Counted from the stretch's first letter, positions 12,860-26,787 are shown. The stretch is 64,000 nt of DNA from Eledone cirrhosa (GCA_964016885.1 OZ024745.1:22940001-23004000); one strand, 5' to 3'. Notes: generated by a model not told the origin, from the letters alone. Numbers and translations: made by a program.

Positions 12860-13100
12860 AAAACTAACAGATTAAAGTTTAAGCAAAGAATCATTGCTTT
12901 CACCCATAACGGGATCTTCTGAATCTAAAAAAAAAAATCAATCTGTGAACGTAGAAGTAAATATTTCGAAAAACGTTGTTTTTGTGTGTTTTCAACGCCG
13001 CTCCACATAATGACGTATTATCTTTGTTCTTTTTTTCGTTCATTGCCAGGGAAAGTCTTCACGAACCAAAGTATCGTCTTCCTGTTTTCCTTCGCAGAGA
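12860..13100 (-). mobile_element. Fragment of pLTR family C (CAGAAGA-core HHR at 12876-12926), internally inverted
   Basis: Homologous to 61041-61250, 62098-62262 and 17640-17840. Confidence 0.7.
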
Positions 13101-13259
13101 AGAAGACAAAAATAAATAAATAAAACAGATAAAATAAAAATGGCGTAGACATACAATACAACAGGAGGAACATAATAGTACAACTGATGGTGTTGCAGAT
13201 GTGCAACGAAATAACTTTGTAAGACTATATATATGTATTTATATCTGTTATTTTGACCG

Positions 13260-13430
13260 TTGGTCAGTCAGTGATAAACATTGAGGACCAAATGAATTAA
13301 CTGTGGAGATATAAAAAAGATACAGAAGCGAAAACTAACCAAACAGTGAGTGTGTTCTGTTATTATTTCTGACAATATTATTCCAACAATATTATTACAA
13401 CAATATGACCCTCCCCAAGTATAGCAATAT
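13260..13430 (+). mobile_element. 3' end of a second Naiad-like element
   Basis: Ends atgaccctccccaagtatagcaat(AT)n, closely matching the terminus atgaccctcccaaagtataacaat at ~11849-11872. The 5' boundary is approximate. Confidence 0.6.
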
Positions 13431-13507
13431 ATATATATATATATATATTAGAAAAGGGAAGTGAGGTTCTATACAAAACAGTGGGTATAGAGAAAAGATG
13501 AAGTTGG

Positions 13508-13550
<43 letters not shown>

Positions 13551-13551
<1 letters not shown>

Positions 13552-13800
13552 TAGGGCGGGTAAAATTCCCGAGATCCATGGACGAGTTCTCTCCAGCGGT
13601 CTCTGTCCCTCATTATCGCTGCCATGTCCTGCGTCTCCAACAGACGAGTGTCTGTCCTTAGGGCATCAACATACGTTAACCTTGGTCTTCCTCTTCCAGT
13701 GTGTCCATGTAGGATCTCCCACAGGAGCACTGAGTGCAATGTCAACTCTGGATGTCGGTGAGCATGTCCAGCTAACCTCAGTCTCCTATGTGTCATTTTA
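13551..13800 (-). mobile_element. 3' fragment of an RTE/RTEX-clade LINE
   Basis: RRLRLAGHAHRHPE...LLWE..HG..GRGRPRLTYVD.L..DT.......M.DRDRWR, followed by (TA)n. Confidence 0.8.
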
Positions 13801-14054
13801 TGAAGGCTAAATAATGAGTCTTGTCTGATGACCCTGTGATAAGCATACATACATATGTGTGTGTGTGTGTTTTTGTTTATGTTCCATAACTTTGTGGTTG
13901 CACAATAAGGGAGCGACAAAATAAGTACCAGACTTGAAAAAGATAAGCATTGAGGTCAATATGCTAGAATAAATGAAGGTTATTGTACCCTACACATATA
14001 ACTGTCTGTTTTAGAGGGTTGTACGAAGTTTTGAATAACTTCTTACATTTTCAT

Positions 14055-14288
14055 CGGTGAATTGGCAGTATCGGTAGAGGGTTCGACGCCATGTTAGGGC
14101 GGTGAATTGGCAGTATCGGTAGAGGGTTCGACGCCATGCTTTCCAGCATAGTTACGTCCATTTACAGTCTGAGTTCAAATCCCGCCGAGGTTAACTTTGC
14201 TTTTCATCCTTACGGGGTCGATAAAATAAAGTACCAGTAATGTACTGAGATAATTGCTGACCTTGTGCCAAAAGTAGAAACAATTATA
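14055..14288 (+). mobile_element. tRNA-derived SINE with Nin/Deu-like domain; head duplicated
   Basis: A box tggcagtatcgg, B box gagttcaaatcc, cttttcatccttacggggtcgataaaataaagtaccag, tail gtgccaaaagtagaaacaatt. Confidence 0.85.
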
Positions 14289-14339
14289 TATATTTACTAT
14301 TACAACGGAGTGGGAAATATATATATTGTATATATCCAA

Positions 14340-14546
14340 GTGATATGACTGGTAGCACTAATGACCGTGGTTTTTCACCTAGAAAGTTTCCCTGCCGAGG
14401 AACAAGCCTAGGAAAGGTTTGTTTGCTTCCCCTCTCCATTCCACCAATGTTTTGCTCAAGAACACAACGTATCACTCGGTCCGAGATCGAACTCACAACA
14501 ACACAGTTTCAAGCCCAACACTCTAACCACTAAGCCATGCGCTTTC
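14340..14546 (-). mobile_element. tRNA-derived SINE with CORE-like domain
   Basis: On the minus strand: tggcttagtggttagag...gagttcgatc...gtgttcttgagcaa. Confidence 0.7.
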
Positions 14547-14652
14547 ACACACGCACACGCACACCCACACACATAGATATAGATATATATATAAACACAC
14601 ACGCATATATGTATACAGAGAGAAAGAGAGAGAGAGAGAGATAGAGAGAGAG

Positions 14653-14687
<35 letters not shown>

Positions 14688-14783
14688 GAGAGAAATATAG
14701 GGGAAGAGAGGGAGAAATGGAGAGAGTATGGGTGGGTGAGACTGAAAACGAGGAAGAGGAAAGATATTTTAAAGCATCCACCC

Positions 14784-14853
<70 letters not shown>

Positions 14854-15249
14854 ATAAACACAAACACACACATACATACACACTACACACATATACATGG
14901 AGACTTGAATAACAGCCGCTCTGAAATGAGTCATTTTAACACGCCACACGATCCCCGACATTAACTAGTGAGATATAGTTAGAAATTAGTGGTGGTGGTG
15001 GTGGTGGGTTTATGTTGATGCTGTTGTTGTTGCTGTTGTTAGTGGTGGGTGGGGGGTATTAGGTCGGGTAAATACGTATGTAATGTGCAACTGCTCTCTC
15101 CTCTCTCCCTTCGTTTGGTCTATACACATATATATATATTGTATATACATACATACACATACACACATCTATATATATATATATGTATGTATATATATAT
15201 ATATACATATATATGTATATATATATATCTGTATATATATATGTATATG

Positions 15250-15289
<40 letters not shown>

Positions 15290-15399
15290 CACATATTGTA
15301 CACGCATGCACAAACACACAACACATACATATATTTGTCCGAGTTTTGTGTTCGAGTGTGGGTGTCACTGTTAGTATAGAGTGTTATAACAATAACAAG

Positions 15400-15945
15400 G
15401 TCGGTGTGTGGGCAGAATCGGTAGAGCAGCGGACAAAATACTTTGCACCATTCGGTTACGTCTCTTTACGTTCTGAGTTCAAATCCCGCCGATTTCAACT
15501 TTACCGTTCATCCGTCCGGTATCGATAAATAAAGTACCAGTCATGTATTAGGGTTCAATATAATAAATTCTCACCTCCAGGCAATTTCTGGCCTTGTGCC
15601 TGAATTAGAAATTATGAAATAATTGTTTCTACTTTTGGCACAAGGCCTGCAATTATCGCAGTGTATTACTGGTACTTTATTTTATCGACCCCGTAAGGAT
15701 GAAAGGCAAAGTTAATTATGAAATATTGGTTTCTTATTTAGGCACAAGGCCAGCAATTTTGGGGGAGGGGAAAGTCAATTAAATCGACCCCAGTGCGTGA
15801 GTGGTACTTTGTTTTATAGACCCCGTAAGGATGAAAGGCAAAGTTAACCTCTGCGGGATTTGAACTCAGATCATAAAGGGCTGTAACTCTATGCTACAAA
15901 GCATGGCCTCCGACCCTCAATCGATACTGCCAATCCACCGCCCTA
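15400..15945. mobile_element. Cluster of Nin/Deu-type SINE copies in opposite orientations
   Basis: A plus-strand copy at 15400-15615 and minus-strand copies at 15622-15945. Confidence 0.8.
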
Positions 15946-15993
15946 ATAATTATGAAATAATAACAATAAAGATTATTCTTTTTTATTTGATTA

Positions 15994-16847
15994 CTAGCAG
16001 AACGGCCCGGCGTTGCTCGGGATTCTAAACATAGATTGGCATGTTTATCCCTCCTTTCTGAAACAGTACAGAGAAGTACGGAATACCTCCGCCTGGGGAT
16101 GGTGTCTACATTTTGTGCTTATAAAAAAAAATTCGTCGTAGATTACCAGGGGTTTAACTTAATTGGGTGCCTGAGAGTAAAATGTTCAACCCACGAAAGC
16201 CAAGACGATAGGGTTAAGTAAAAAGGCATTCGACAAACCGAACATGTATTTGTTGTGCTATGGTACAATGAAAGCAATAGTTACAGAGCAGTAAGCATGT
16301 GGGACTGCAGTGGTGGAGAGCATGAAGGAATTTAGTTGGATACTTTTAACGTTACAGGCCCTAACGCAACCAAAATGCTAAACAATGCGGTCCCCGGGCA
16401 AAAATTTGAAATCTTTTTCAGTCAAGGAAATTTATGAAACACAAGTAATGCATATGCAAAGTTTTTAAAAAATCGGTTAGGTACTTCTCGAGTTACAGGC
16501 CCTAACGCAACCAAAGTGCTTCAAAAAATCGGTTTTTCGCCTAATGCGGTCCTTGGGGCAAAAAATGAGAAAATCGTTTTTGCTCAAAATACTTTAAACA
16601 ACATAAGTAATGCAAATTGGAAGAAATCGCCTGGATTATTGTTCCGTTATGCCTCAAAAAAGGCTTTAAATCCTAAAATATGGTCCCTAGGGCATTGGAA
16701 ATTTGAAATATTATTTGCTCAAAACACTCACACGACCATAAGTATTACATGTGTAAAGTATGAAAAAATCGGTTGGGTGGTTCTCGAGTTTTAAGGGGAC
16801 AAGCAGACAGACAGACAGACAGACATTCTCTGTTTTAGATATATAGA
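15994..16847 (-). mobile_element. Non-autonomous Helitron, copy 1 of a tandem pair
   Basis: Minus strand: 5' TCTATATA, (CTGT)n near the 5' end, 3' hairpin cccgagcaacgccggg, then CTAG|T. Confidence 0.85.
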
Positions 16848-17266
16848 CTAGAAGAATGGCCCGGCGTTGCTCGAGATTCTAAACAAAGATTTGTATGTTT
16901 ATCCCTCCTTTCTGAAACAGTACAGAGAAGTACGGAATACCTCGGCCTTGCGACCGTTGAATAGCAGATTCCACTGACGATTCGTTTGCCCGCCTTGTTC
17001 TTTTTCTTGCCGCTTTCGCAGTATTTCGGCCAATGGAGTATCTCTTCCTTCGAGACATGACCTAAAAGCAGGACGAAGTACACTAAGACTAACTGGTAGA
17101 GTAAGGAGTAAACTCGTCAGTGATGCATGTGATCTCCGAACCGTTACTATGTAATTGCTAAGCCATGAGTGCCGTCTTAACCGGTGCGCGACATTATGAA
17201 AACATTGACTTCGCTATCTGTGTGTGTATATATGTATATATAGTGTGTGTGTATATATATATTGTG

Positions 17267-17327
<61 letters not shown>

Positions 17328-18109
17328 CGAAGGTGGTGTGGTAAGGAACCAGTTGGACCATAACGCACCAGAGTATTCAATACTTAGGGTAGTAGAGTGG
17401 GTAATAGGAAAATGTTTGACCCCGACGGCAGAGCTCAAGCCGTTTCGACGGCCATTTCTGGACTCATATATATATATATACACATTAAATTTACTTTAAA
17501 TTTACGTTAAATTTACATAAAATATATATATTAAATTTAGCTCTGGTTGTTACATAGAGCACTCTTCACTCCTATGACTTTTTCAATTTTCAACGGAAAC
17601 TTCAATACTTATATATATATAAATATATATATATAGTGTTAGTCGAACCAAAGAGGGCTCGTGAAGGATAAATATATATCAAATATATAAGAACCCTAGA
17701 GCAAATATTGTTCTCATTGCTGACGTATTATTTTCGATTTTTTTCCGTTCATTGCCAGGGAACGTCTTTACGAACCAAAGTATCGTCTTCCTGTTTTCCT
17801 TCGGTTGCAACGTTTTTCGAAATATTTACTTCTGCGTTTTATGTTTTCATAATGTCGTAATGCAGACAGCCAGACATACAGGCATTTTAAGGGCACGACG
17901 TTATAGCTATGTATCTATCTAAAAAGACAGACTAAGAAAGAGAGAGAGATCGCTAACCGGCGCTAATGCGGTCCCTAGGGCATTGAAAATTTGAAATATG
18001 TTTTGCTCAAAACACTCACATTACATATGTAAAGTTTGAAAAAGATCGGTTGGGTGGTTCTCGAGCGTTAGAGCGGAGAGACAGACATTCTCTATTTTAA
18101 ATATATAGA
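16848..18109 (-). mobile_element. Non-autonomous Helitron, copy 2, containing nested insertions
   Basis: A|TC start at 18109, CTAG end at 16848. Terminal segments are shared with copy 1. Confidence 0.8.
17326..17466 (-). mobile_element. (TA)n-flanked element, family D, carrying the 3' half of an HHR
   Basis: GAAACGGC(ttgagctct)GCCGTC^ggggtc. Homologues at ~18312-18370, 51438-51500 and 60068-60260. Confidence 0.7.
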
Positions 18110-18381
18110 TTAACACTCATCTAACGTAACTAAAACCTAAAGGTTGAAACATGGCCGTGTTGTGAAGGAGTTTACTTCCCAATCATGTAATTCAGAGATA
18201 AGTCCCGCTGTATGGCATCTAGAGTAAATAGCTTCGATTATAGGCTTGAGATGATAAATACTTTGTTAGTGGAATTCGGTAGAAAATCGATATAAGTGTA
18301 TATATATGTATAAGTATCGAGTACTCTGGTGTGTTATGGTCCACCTGGTTCCTTACCACACTTTCTTTGTTTTATATATAC

Positions 18382-18428
<47 letters not shown>

Positions 18429-18761
18429 GTTGTTGTTGTGTGTGTGTGTGTGTGTGTGTCTGTCTGTCTGTGTGTCTGCCGATGTGTGTGTGTGTGAGCG
18501 CCTATGTGTCTCGTAACTTTGTAGTTAGACAAAAGCGAAATCAATTAAATCAGTATGTCTTGAAGTGATGGTATCGATATAAACCACTAAATCATGAATA
18601 AACTGAAAAGGCTACACGACCCCACAAGCTGTCATTGCCTTCAAACAAGCATTTTTACTGAAGAAAATGGAAAATCCTACCTACATAAGGTCAAAAATCA
18701 TTGGATTCCATGGATTCTACCCAGTAAGCACTCATTATCTCCTCATTATTTCCACATATTG

Positions 18762-18953
18762 GGGCGGTGGATTAGCAGTATCGATAGAGGGTCGGACGCT
18801 ATGCTTTGACGCATAGAGTTACAGCCCTTGCCATTCTGAGTTCAAATCCCGCCGAGGTTAACTTTGCCTTTTATCCTTACGGGGCCGACAAAATAAAGTA
18901 CTAGTAATACATTGAGTAATTGCTGGCCTTGTGCCAAAAGTAGAAACAATTAT
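18762..18953 (+). mobile_element. Nin/Deu-type tRNA SINE
   Basis: Full-length match to 14097-14288. Confidence 0.85.
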
Positions 18954-19409
18954 TTCCACTCTGACATGTCTGTACAATCCCAATTGCTTCCTTCTTTACC
19001 TCTTTTTTTTCTATATGTGGCTCGTCCAAAAGTTATGTCCTGTTAGTTTTCCAAGACTACCCCTTTTCAACTACTAAATAACCTTCCTTTCTTTCAATCT
19101 AATAACCTGCATATCTAAAACATACTTCCCTAAATATTTCTAACTCTTTCTTCTCTTTACGAACTCTTTCATATTTGATGAAAAATAAACAAAACCATTA
19201 CAAAACGGCGTCAATATAAACCGAGGAACCGGTGACTCAGTGGAATATCTGATGCAGGTGTCTAGCGAAGCATTTGTACAGAATTGACACCATAGTTACA
19301 GTATTATATACACAACAAACAAATATTTCCACAAATTGAGTGCCCCCCCAACTTTGGATATTCTTTACCATATTGCACTACACCATACACACACACACAC
19401 ACACACACA

Positions 19410-19489
<80 letters not shown>

Positions 19490-19522
19490 TAAATATATAT
19501 ATATATACATATATATATATAC

Positions 19523-19594
<72 letters not shown>

Positions 19595-19643
19595 TCCAAT
19601 TCCAACCCGCCCGTCCCCTCAATTTATCTTGTTTCTCATTCTT

Positions 19644-19679
19644 TCTTCTGATGAAGGACTAGCGTCCGAAACGTTAAGA
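19644..19679 (+). ncRNA. Minimal type I hammerhead ribozyme (Penelope pLTR type)
   Basis: ucuu CUGAUGA A GGAC uagc GUCC GAAAC GUU^ aaga, with palindromic stem III AACGUU. Confidence 0.75.
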
Positions 19680-19778
19680 CCCTCTTCCTGCTATAGCAAG
19701 CGTTAACCTAATATATCCCTTCCATATACTGTACCGATTGTGTTGTTATTTCTATTTACCTTTTACATACATACATAT

Positions 19779-20380
19779 ATGGTGGCTGCCAACTCGTTTT
19801 CGAGTACGGCCACTACTTTATATCCATGTAGGAGAACCCCTACCAATGCGCTCAACGAGTGTGACGTTTTAGTCCAGCCAGCGACTTGAAAACTCTGGTA
19901 CAAACACTACACTTGTGACAATTATTGACACATAGTGCTGGGCCCATGGCACCATGTGACGACAAGTGCAGAGAGATCTCCAGATATAAAGCAATGCCTG
20001 TGCCGTGAAGCTTTTATAGTGAGCAAAGGCACTGCACAAAGCCAGTCCCACTCTCTTAACCAAGATGATATTTACCAAAAAGAAGAACAAGTCAACATCA
20101 TTGGATACCATCACGGTTGCAGGTGTTATATCAGAGTTTTCCTTCTCCTAGAATTCTGCCTTGACAAAGGCTAAGGGGTCATCTCTCCCGGTGATTTTGG
20201 ATGGCCATTGACTCTTAAGAGCCCTTTGACAGGTTTTGTTTTTAGTCCTGCAGGATGTCCAAAGTCACCCTCTTCACCAAGAAACCTTGGTGGGGTTGCC
20301 AGTTTAGTCGCCATCGACCCGACCATGAGACAGGTTGTACTGGAATACATGCTACCAGTAGCACCAACTGGTGACCTGAC
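19779..20380 (-). mobile_element. Non-autonomous RTE derivative (~600 bp), copy 1
   Basis: Near-identical to 26159-26769 and 29361-29970. Shares sequence with the RTE 5' UTR (35233-35440) and 3' end (30317-30350). Confidence 0.85.
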
Positions 20381-20385
20381 ATACA

Positions 20386-20484
<99 letters not shown>

Positions 20485-20681
20485 GGTGTAGTGCAATATG
20501 GTAAAGAATATCCAAAGTTGGGAGGGCACTCAATATATATATTTCTAGCAAAAGGCCACCAGCCGTAAGCAACTAATCACATTCTTTCTAACCTGACCGC
20601 TGCTACGTCACGATTCTTAGCCATTTTTGAATGTATTCTTGTCGCGATCACTTTGGAACATTTATTGTCTAAATTTGAGCT

Positions 20682-20761
20682 AACTTCCTGAAGAGTCCGG
20701 TGCTCTAGATGTCCGATGTTATCGGATATCTTAAAATGCGGACGAAACTATGGTAGAGGTT
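20682..20761 (+). ncRNA. Type I hammerhead ribozyme in a (TA)n-flanked island (~20545-21035)
   Basis: aacuuc CUGAAGA GUCCG...CGGAC GAAA CUAUGG UA^ gagguu. Stem II is extended by agauguccgau/aucggauaucu. Confidence 0.8.
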
Positions 20762-21081
20762 ACTAAATATGTTCACTTTTCTCCTAGTTTATTTTACACC
20801 TAATTCGGTTTAGTTGACTGTATATCTGAGCGATTTATACACGCTGTCGAAATACTCGATAAATGCTCCGTCGCAACCGACGCGAAGGGCTGCTTTCGGT
20901 TACTTGTCGGAGATTTCTTCATAGAAGCCTTTATTCTTATAGCTTGGTCTAATCGATTTTTTATATGGTTAATTATGCTAATTGGGAGAGGAAATGGTAT
21001 ATATTTTATCTGGTGATTCTATAGACATGTTTTATGATATATATATATATTCTCAGAGTTTAAAAGCCAAACATGCGACAA

Positions 21082-21140
<59 letters not shown>

Positions 21141-22259
21141 ACGAAATTACACTACACTATATATATATTCTTTATTTTGACTACGATGTTTGTTATCGAT
21201 TTTTATTTTATGTTATATCGCGTATTTTATTTTCTATTTTTAGTAGTACGAATTAGGTATAGTTTGAAAGTTTAGGATGCACTCCATAATAACAACAAGT
21301 CTGATGAAGCAAACATTGAAAAAAACTTCACAGAATTTGATATGTTCATATAGCACGAGAGATGTAAAAAACGTAACTTTTCACAGAGACCTCATCGCTA
21401 GAGGAGACAGCTTTTTTTAGTACTTCAATTATGAGAAAAGTGGTGCGTCTTTCGTATTAATAAAAAAAATATATTTTCGGGAGTTTTAATTTGGGGAGAA
21501 AGTGACTTGATTTGTGGCCATGTCTGGAAATAGAATCAATTACGATGTTTGTGGAGGGTCTTTGAAAAAAATACAAAAACTGATGTATCATTTATTCGGT
21601 GAGGTTTCAGAATTTTTGTCAAATCTCTCTTCTACATTAATGTAATTAATGTAAAGGAATATTTTTCTTTGCGTTTATTTATAATAGTTTATAATTCTTC
21701 TTAATTTGTTCTCTGCAGATAATCAAAAAGACGGTCTATTTTACCAATATCAGCCAAAATTGGTTATGGTCATACAGGAGCACCTATTCGAAATATTGAA
21801 AAAAAAAAACGTAATTTTCTTGTAACTGAAACATAAACAAACATTTTTTCTTGCTTTTTTACGTTCTGGGTTCAAATCCCGCCGAGGTCACCTTTGCTTT
21901 CATCTTTCTGAGGTCGATAAAATAAATTACCTATGAAATACTGAATTCAATCTAATTGACATTATCCTGCTCAAATTGCTAGCTGCATATTTTCTTCTTC
22001 TAAATTAGAATCGATTATAAGTATGCTTTATTAGGGTTGTTGAGGGTCTAAATCCAGACCGTACCTTAAAATGAACGCGTTTTGTTGCTGTCATGGCTCG
22101 CATGGCTTGTTGCTTTAGCTGGTCTCAAGTGAGAGTCCATTTCATAAGAGGATTTTTTAGTATGTGTGTTTTTTTATGACACAATCTTTTCTGTTGACGG
22201 GTGACGGGATTTGAACACGAAATACACTGCACCTAGATAGATACTGCAGTTCTTCTTTA

Positions 22260-22860
22260 CCTTGTTATTCCCGAGAGAGTCGTGGGGCAGAATCCTCAGA
22301 CATGTCTTTCAGAAGTTCTTATCAGACGCAACCGTCTCCAGACGATCAGAATGGATCTCCAAACGGGACCAACCGAGTTCATAGATGATATACAACCATC
22401 TTGTTCCTGATCTACCCCTGGCTCTCCTGCCGGTTGGTTTTGCTCGTAAAAACTGTCCAGTGGTTTTTTTTCCTGCAACTCGAAAACGTAGCGCCTTTAC
22501 CAGGAGCGAATCTCTGATCTCCGAATTACGTACTTTATTGAGTAACGTTAATTCAAAGACCCTTCGGAGGAACCCCATTTAGGCCGCTTGTGTTTGCAAT
22601 CGCATTCTTTCGGTCATTAGCCAAGGTTCTTGACTATAGGAAAGGGTTGGCACGAACACGGGATAACATATAATGAGTTTGGCTTTTACACCAACTTCCT
22701 TTCTTGTGATGATCGAGTTCTGAAGATGGCGCATTACTGCTCTTGCAATTCTTGCACTTAATTCAACTTTCTGCTTTCCATCACTTATCAAAATGGTTCC
22801 GAGATACTTGAACTTCTTCACCTGCTTCAGTGTAATTCCACAAACACACACGGAGTGCAC
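22260..22860 (-). mobile_element. Decayed RTE-clade LINE, RT C-terminal fragment
   Basis: LKQVKKFKYLG...VFVPTLSYSQEPW...MGFLRRV...KVRNSEIR...GRRARGR. Confidence 0.85.
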
Positions 22861-23739
22861 TGCACAGGCTTTCTTGCAAGGGCGAATGGTTCCATCTTCA
22901 GGGGTCAACGTTCTCACAACTCTTCTTTTTTAAGGAATAAATATAACTGTAAGAAACAAGAAAAATGCCTGAGGAAAGATATTGTATACCGTACTTGAAG
23001 AACAACTAACAATGGCGAAATTACGAGATATGTTGACTTGACCCAAGCTGTCGCTTGATTAAATAACACACACTGGCAGCTTCTACAAGCTAAACAATCA
23101 GAACGCAATGGCATTATCTAAATATATTTAGTTTACTGAAGTAAAATAACGACAGCGACGTAAACATAGAAATAATCACTTGTAAAACTAACCTATGACC
23201 AACTATAAATCTGTGTTATACGTGGACGGGGAATATATATTATTCAACAAATTTGAATTGGATTACAAAATATTTACATAGGCGTCGAATTGGCAGAATC
23301 GTTAGAACGTCAGTTAGAATGCCTTGCGGTATTTGTTTTCGGCTTTCTGCTCTCTAAGTTCAAATCCCGCCGAAATCAACAGGAGTTGGTTTCCAAAAAA
23401 CAAACACTATACGTTTCAAACTCACCAAAGTATATTAACCTAATATTTATCTCTTAGGTCTACAGAAAGACATGTTGTTGGGGAGGGGGGGGGGGCATAA
23501 TCGATTATTTCAACCCCAGTAATTGACTGTTACTTATTTAATCGGTATTGGAAGAATGAAAAGCGAAGTAGATCTCTGCAACTAAATACTGCATGGCGTT
23601 TTGCCAAGAGTCTCTACACCACATTTTGTCAATTAACCGCCACCTTTAATATATATATTACTTATTACACACAGAGACATGACGCACTCATAACACTGCT
23701 CAATGATTATGTTGAGGGAAGTGTGCAGCCACTGGTATT

Positions 23740-24149
23740 TAGGAAGGTCGCCTGAAAATTCATAGTCTGACCAAGATACTCTCATGGAATAACCAAATAA
23801 ACATGAGGTTTATTTTTCAACATTGTCCCTGGAAATAAATAATGCAGAGTGAGGTGAGGCATTGGTTAACTCCACCATCGGCCTTACTTTTTGTTAATGT
23901 CATTCATGTCCTCACTCATCGTAGTCGATGTCCACCATAACTAGTAGTACCATGGTAGGCTGAAAAAGTTCAAAGTCTGACCAAGATACTCTCATGGAAT
24001 GATCAAATGAGGTCTATTTTTCAACATAGTCCCTGAAGAGAAACAATGTAGTTATTGATAAGAAGAGTTGAAATTAATGATGCAAGATTTCACAGCTCTA
24101 GAATCACTTATTCATAGTCAACCTATGAACCTTTCAGCCTACCTTCGTA
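23740..24149. mobile_element. Tc1/mariner-type MITE (23950-24147) with an upstream partial copy
   Basis: TIR-like ends ta|ccatggtaggctgaaaaagttca.. and ..tgaacctttcagcctaccttcg|ta, with TA flanks. A duplicate left end lies at ~23740-23830. Confidence 0.65.
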
Positions 24150-24199
24150 TGTATTGTAATATCTTTACTATTGAATCTGTACGATGGTATCACAGTGGT

Positions 24200-24535
24200 A
24201 GCTAGCTGATTGACTAATTTGATGGCTTGATGACTAGTAGGCTGACTGACTTGATGGCTAGTTAGCTAACTAACTTGATGGATTGATGGCTAGTTAGCTG
24301 ATTGACTTGATGGCTTGATGGCAAGTTAGCTTATTGACTAAGTTGATGGCTTGATGACTTGTTGACTGACTAACTTGATTGCTTGATGGCTAGTTAGCTG
24401 ATTGACTAACTTGATGGCTTGATGGCTAGTTTGCTGATTGACTAATTTGATGGCTTGATGGTTAGTTAGCTGGATTGTTGATGGTTGGATAAATGGTTGG
24501 TTGGATGGATGGTTGATTAGCTGCTTAGTTGTCTG
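24200..24535. repeat. Degenerate minisatellite (ttgatggcttgatggctagttagctgattgact)
   Basis: Imperfect tandem units of ~30-34 bp. Confidence 0.8.
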
Positions 24536-24869
24536 ATTGTTAATCTGAGTAGATCCACTTCAAAACATGGAGAAAACTAAAATACAAAGATACTTGACAT
24601 AATATTACCATATTATATCCCATCCTATACCAACAATAACATAAATAAATACGAGAAATTAATCTCCAATAATCGACACAGCTATAAAATAAATTTTCTG
24701 TCGATTTAGATTTTAAAATGTCGAGTCAGTGTAGATGTCATAAATCACGTTATACAAAGCTAAGCTGTCATTCCTATCTCATCTTCCTGTTCAGTCAGTG
24801 CTTGACTCACCAATACAAAGCAAATACAAAGATATACGAAAACTATTAACGTATATATATATATATATA

Positions 24870-25150
24870 GAATCATTAGAACATATGACTGATGAAATGA
24901 CAAGTCAGTCAATCATATTGGTGGCCTCCCCACAGCCCCGGCGGACAGAATGGAGAAGGCGTTTCCCCGGAGGACGGGAAGGGAGATGCGCTGGAAGAGC
25001 CATTCCAACTCGTGAGGCTCGCATTTGCGGCTGGCCAGCTCAGCGCCTATGGTGGCGAGTAAGGAGGCAGCCTGAGGGTCAAGGACACCAGAAGTCTCCA
25101 CTGCCAAGGGTACAACCGCGAACCTGTCGGAGAGCGACTGGTATTTGAGA
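24870..25150 (-). mobile_element. 3' fragment of a CRE-like (RLE-type) non-LTR element
   Basis: PLAVETSG...LFQRISL...RGNAFSIL, homologous to 28130-28260. Confidence 0.8.
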
Positions 25151-26158
25151 CTTACCTCTAGCTTGAGGTCACACCCTCTCGGAGTCCTAATATTTAAAAA
25201 CGTATTTTTATTTTATCATTAGTTTTTATTCTTTAACACCATATCCTCAATCATTATATCATTTTAATCATTAATAAATAATAACCATGTATAATTATTT
25301 TAATTTTTGTAACCGAAATATTTTAGAGAAGGGTCTCAAATATGATAAAGCTAAGGGCCTCAGCATGTAAACATCCAACCAACAATAATTTTAGAACACG
25401 ATTAACACGGATATTGATGAGAAATCACGATTCTTAAAACATGTATTTAATACCTTAGGTTTCAATGCATGAGCTGATAGTAATCTGTAAACTTTGTCTA
25501 TCTATTATATATATATTAGATTGTGGTACTTTATTTATACAACAAATTTCAATTGGATTAAATAATGTTTGCATAAATAAAAGATGAAGTGCCACCAAAT
25601 TAAAGCACAACCTTAAAACATACTCTGTAGTAGAATTCAGCTGCCCACTTGATACCAATGTGCTAGGAATAATGCAAGAGAAAGAGGATGTCTTCGGACC
25701 ATTGATGAGGAGTTTGCAACTCGAGTAACCAGATTACACGTTCACCTTCATACCCGTCATTATAGGAACTACTGGGATAATTGGTGGTCTTGTGCCAAAT
25801 GTAGAAACAATTATTGGAACTACAGATTATAAACCAATCCACCTGGAGCAAGCTATAACTCAAGTTGATTTTGGGGAGAAAGAATAAACCTCCTTAATTC
25901 GTAAGCTAGAAATGGCCGCGATATCTGGAACCTTCAAAATTTGTAAAACATTTTTACGATTCGATTTAAAGAATGAACGCTTTACAAAAGATGACGACAA
26001 TTTCCTTTTCTTGACAAACTTGCAGCCGGGAAGGTGGCCAGTCAGAATATAAACTCAAAATTAAGAAAGAGAACATACATACATTTATATATTCAGATAT
26101 ACATACATACAAACATACATATATACATACATACAGACACACACTCATAAATACATAC

Positions 26159-26769
26159 ATGGAGGCTGCCAACTCGTTTTCGAGTACGGCCACTACTTTA
26201 TATCCATGTAGGAGAACCCCTACCGATGCGCTGAACGAGTGTGGATTTTTAGTCCAGCCAGCGACTTGAAAACTCTGGTACAAACACTACACTTGTGACA
26301 ATTATTGACACATAGTGATGGGCCCATGGTACCATGTGACGACAAGTGCAGAGAGATCTCCAGATATAAAGCAATGCCTGTGCCATGAAGCTTTTATAGT
26401 GAGCAAAGTCACTGCACAAAGCCAGTCCCACTCTCTTAACCAAGATGATATTTACCAAAAAGAAGAACAAGTCAACATCATTGGATACCATCAGGGTTGC
26501 AGGTGTTATATCAGAGTTTTCCTTCTCCTAGAATTCTGCCTTGACAAAGGCTAAGGGGTCATCTCTCCCGGTGATGTTGGATGGGCCATTGACTCTTAAG
26601 AGCTCCTTTGCCCTTTGACAGGTTTTGTTTTTAGTCCTGCAGGATGTCCAAAGTCACCCTCCTCACCAAGAAACCTTGGTGGGGTTGCCAGTTTAGTCGC
26701 CAACGACCCGACCATGAGACAGGTTGTACTGGGATACATGTTACCAGTAGCACCAACTGGTGACCTGAC
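26159..26769 (-). mobile_element. Non-autonomous RTE derivative, copy 2
   Basis: Near-identical to 19779-20380. Confidence 0.85.
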
Positions 26770-26787
26770 ATGACATACATACATACA

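Noticed and set aside
14097-14190. tRNA genes at SINE heads
   Set aside because: Only A and B boxes remain, with no cloverleaf, and they are always followed by a SINE body.
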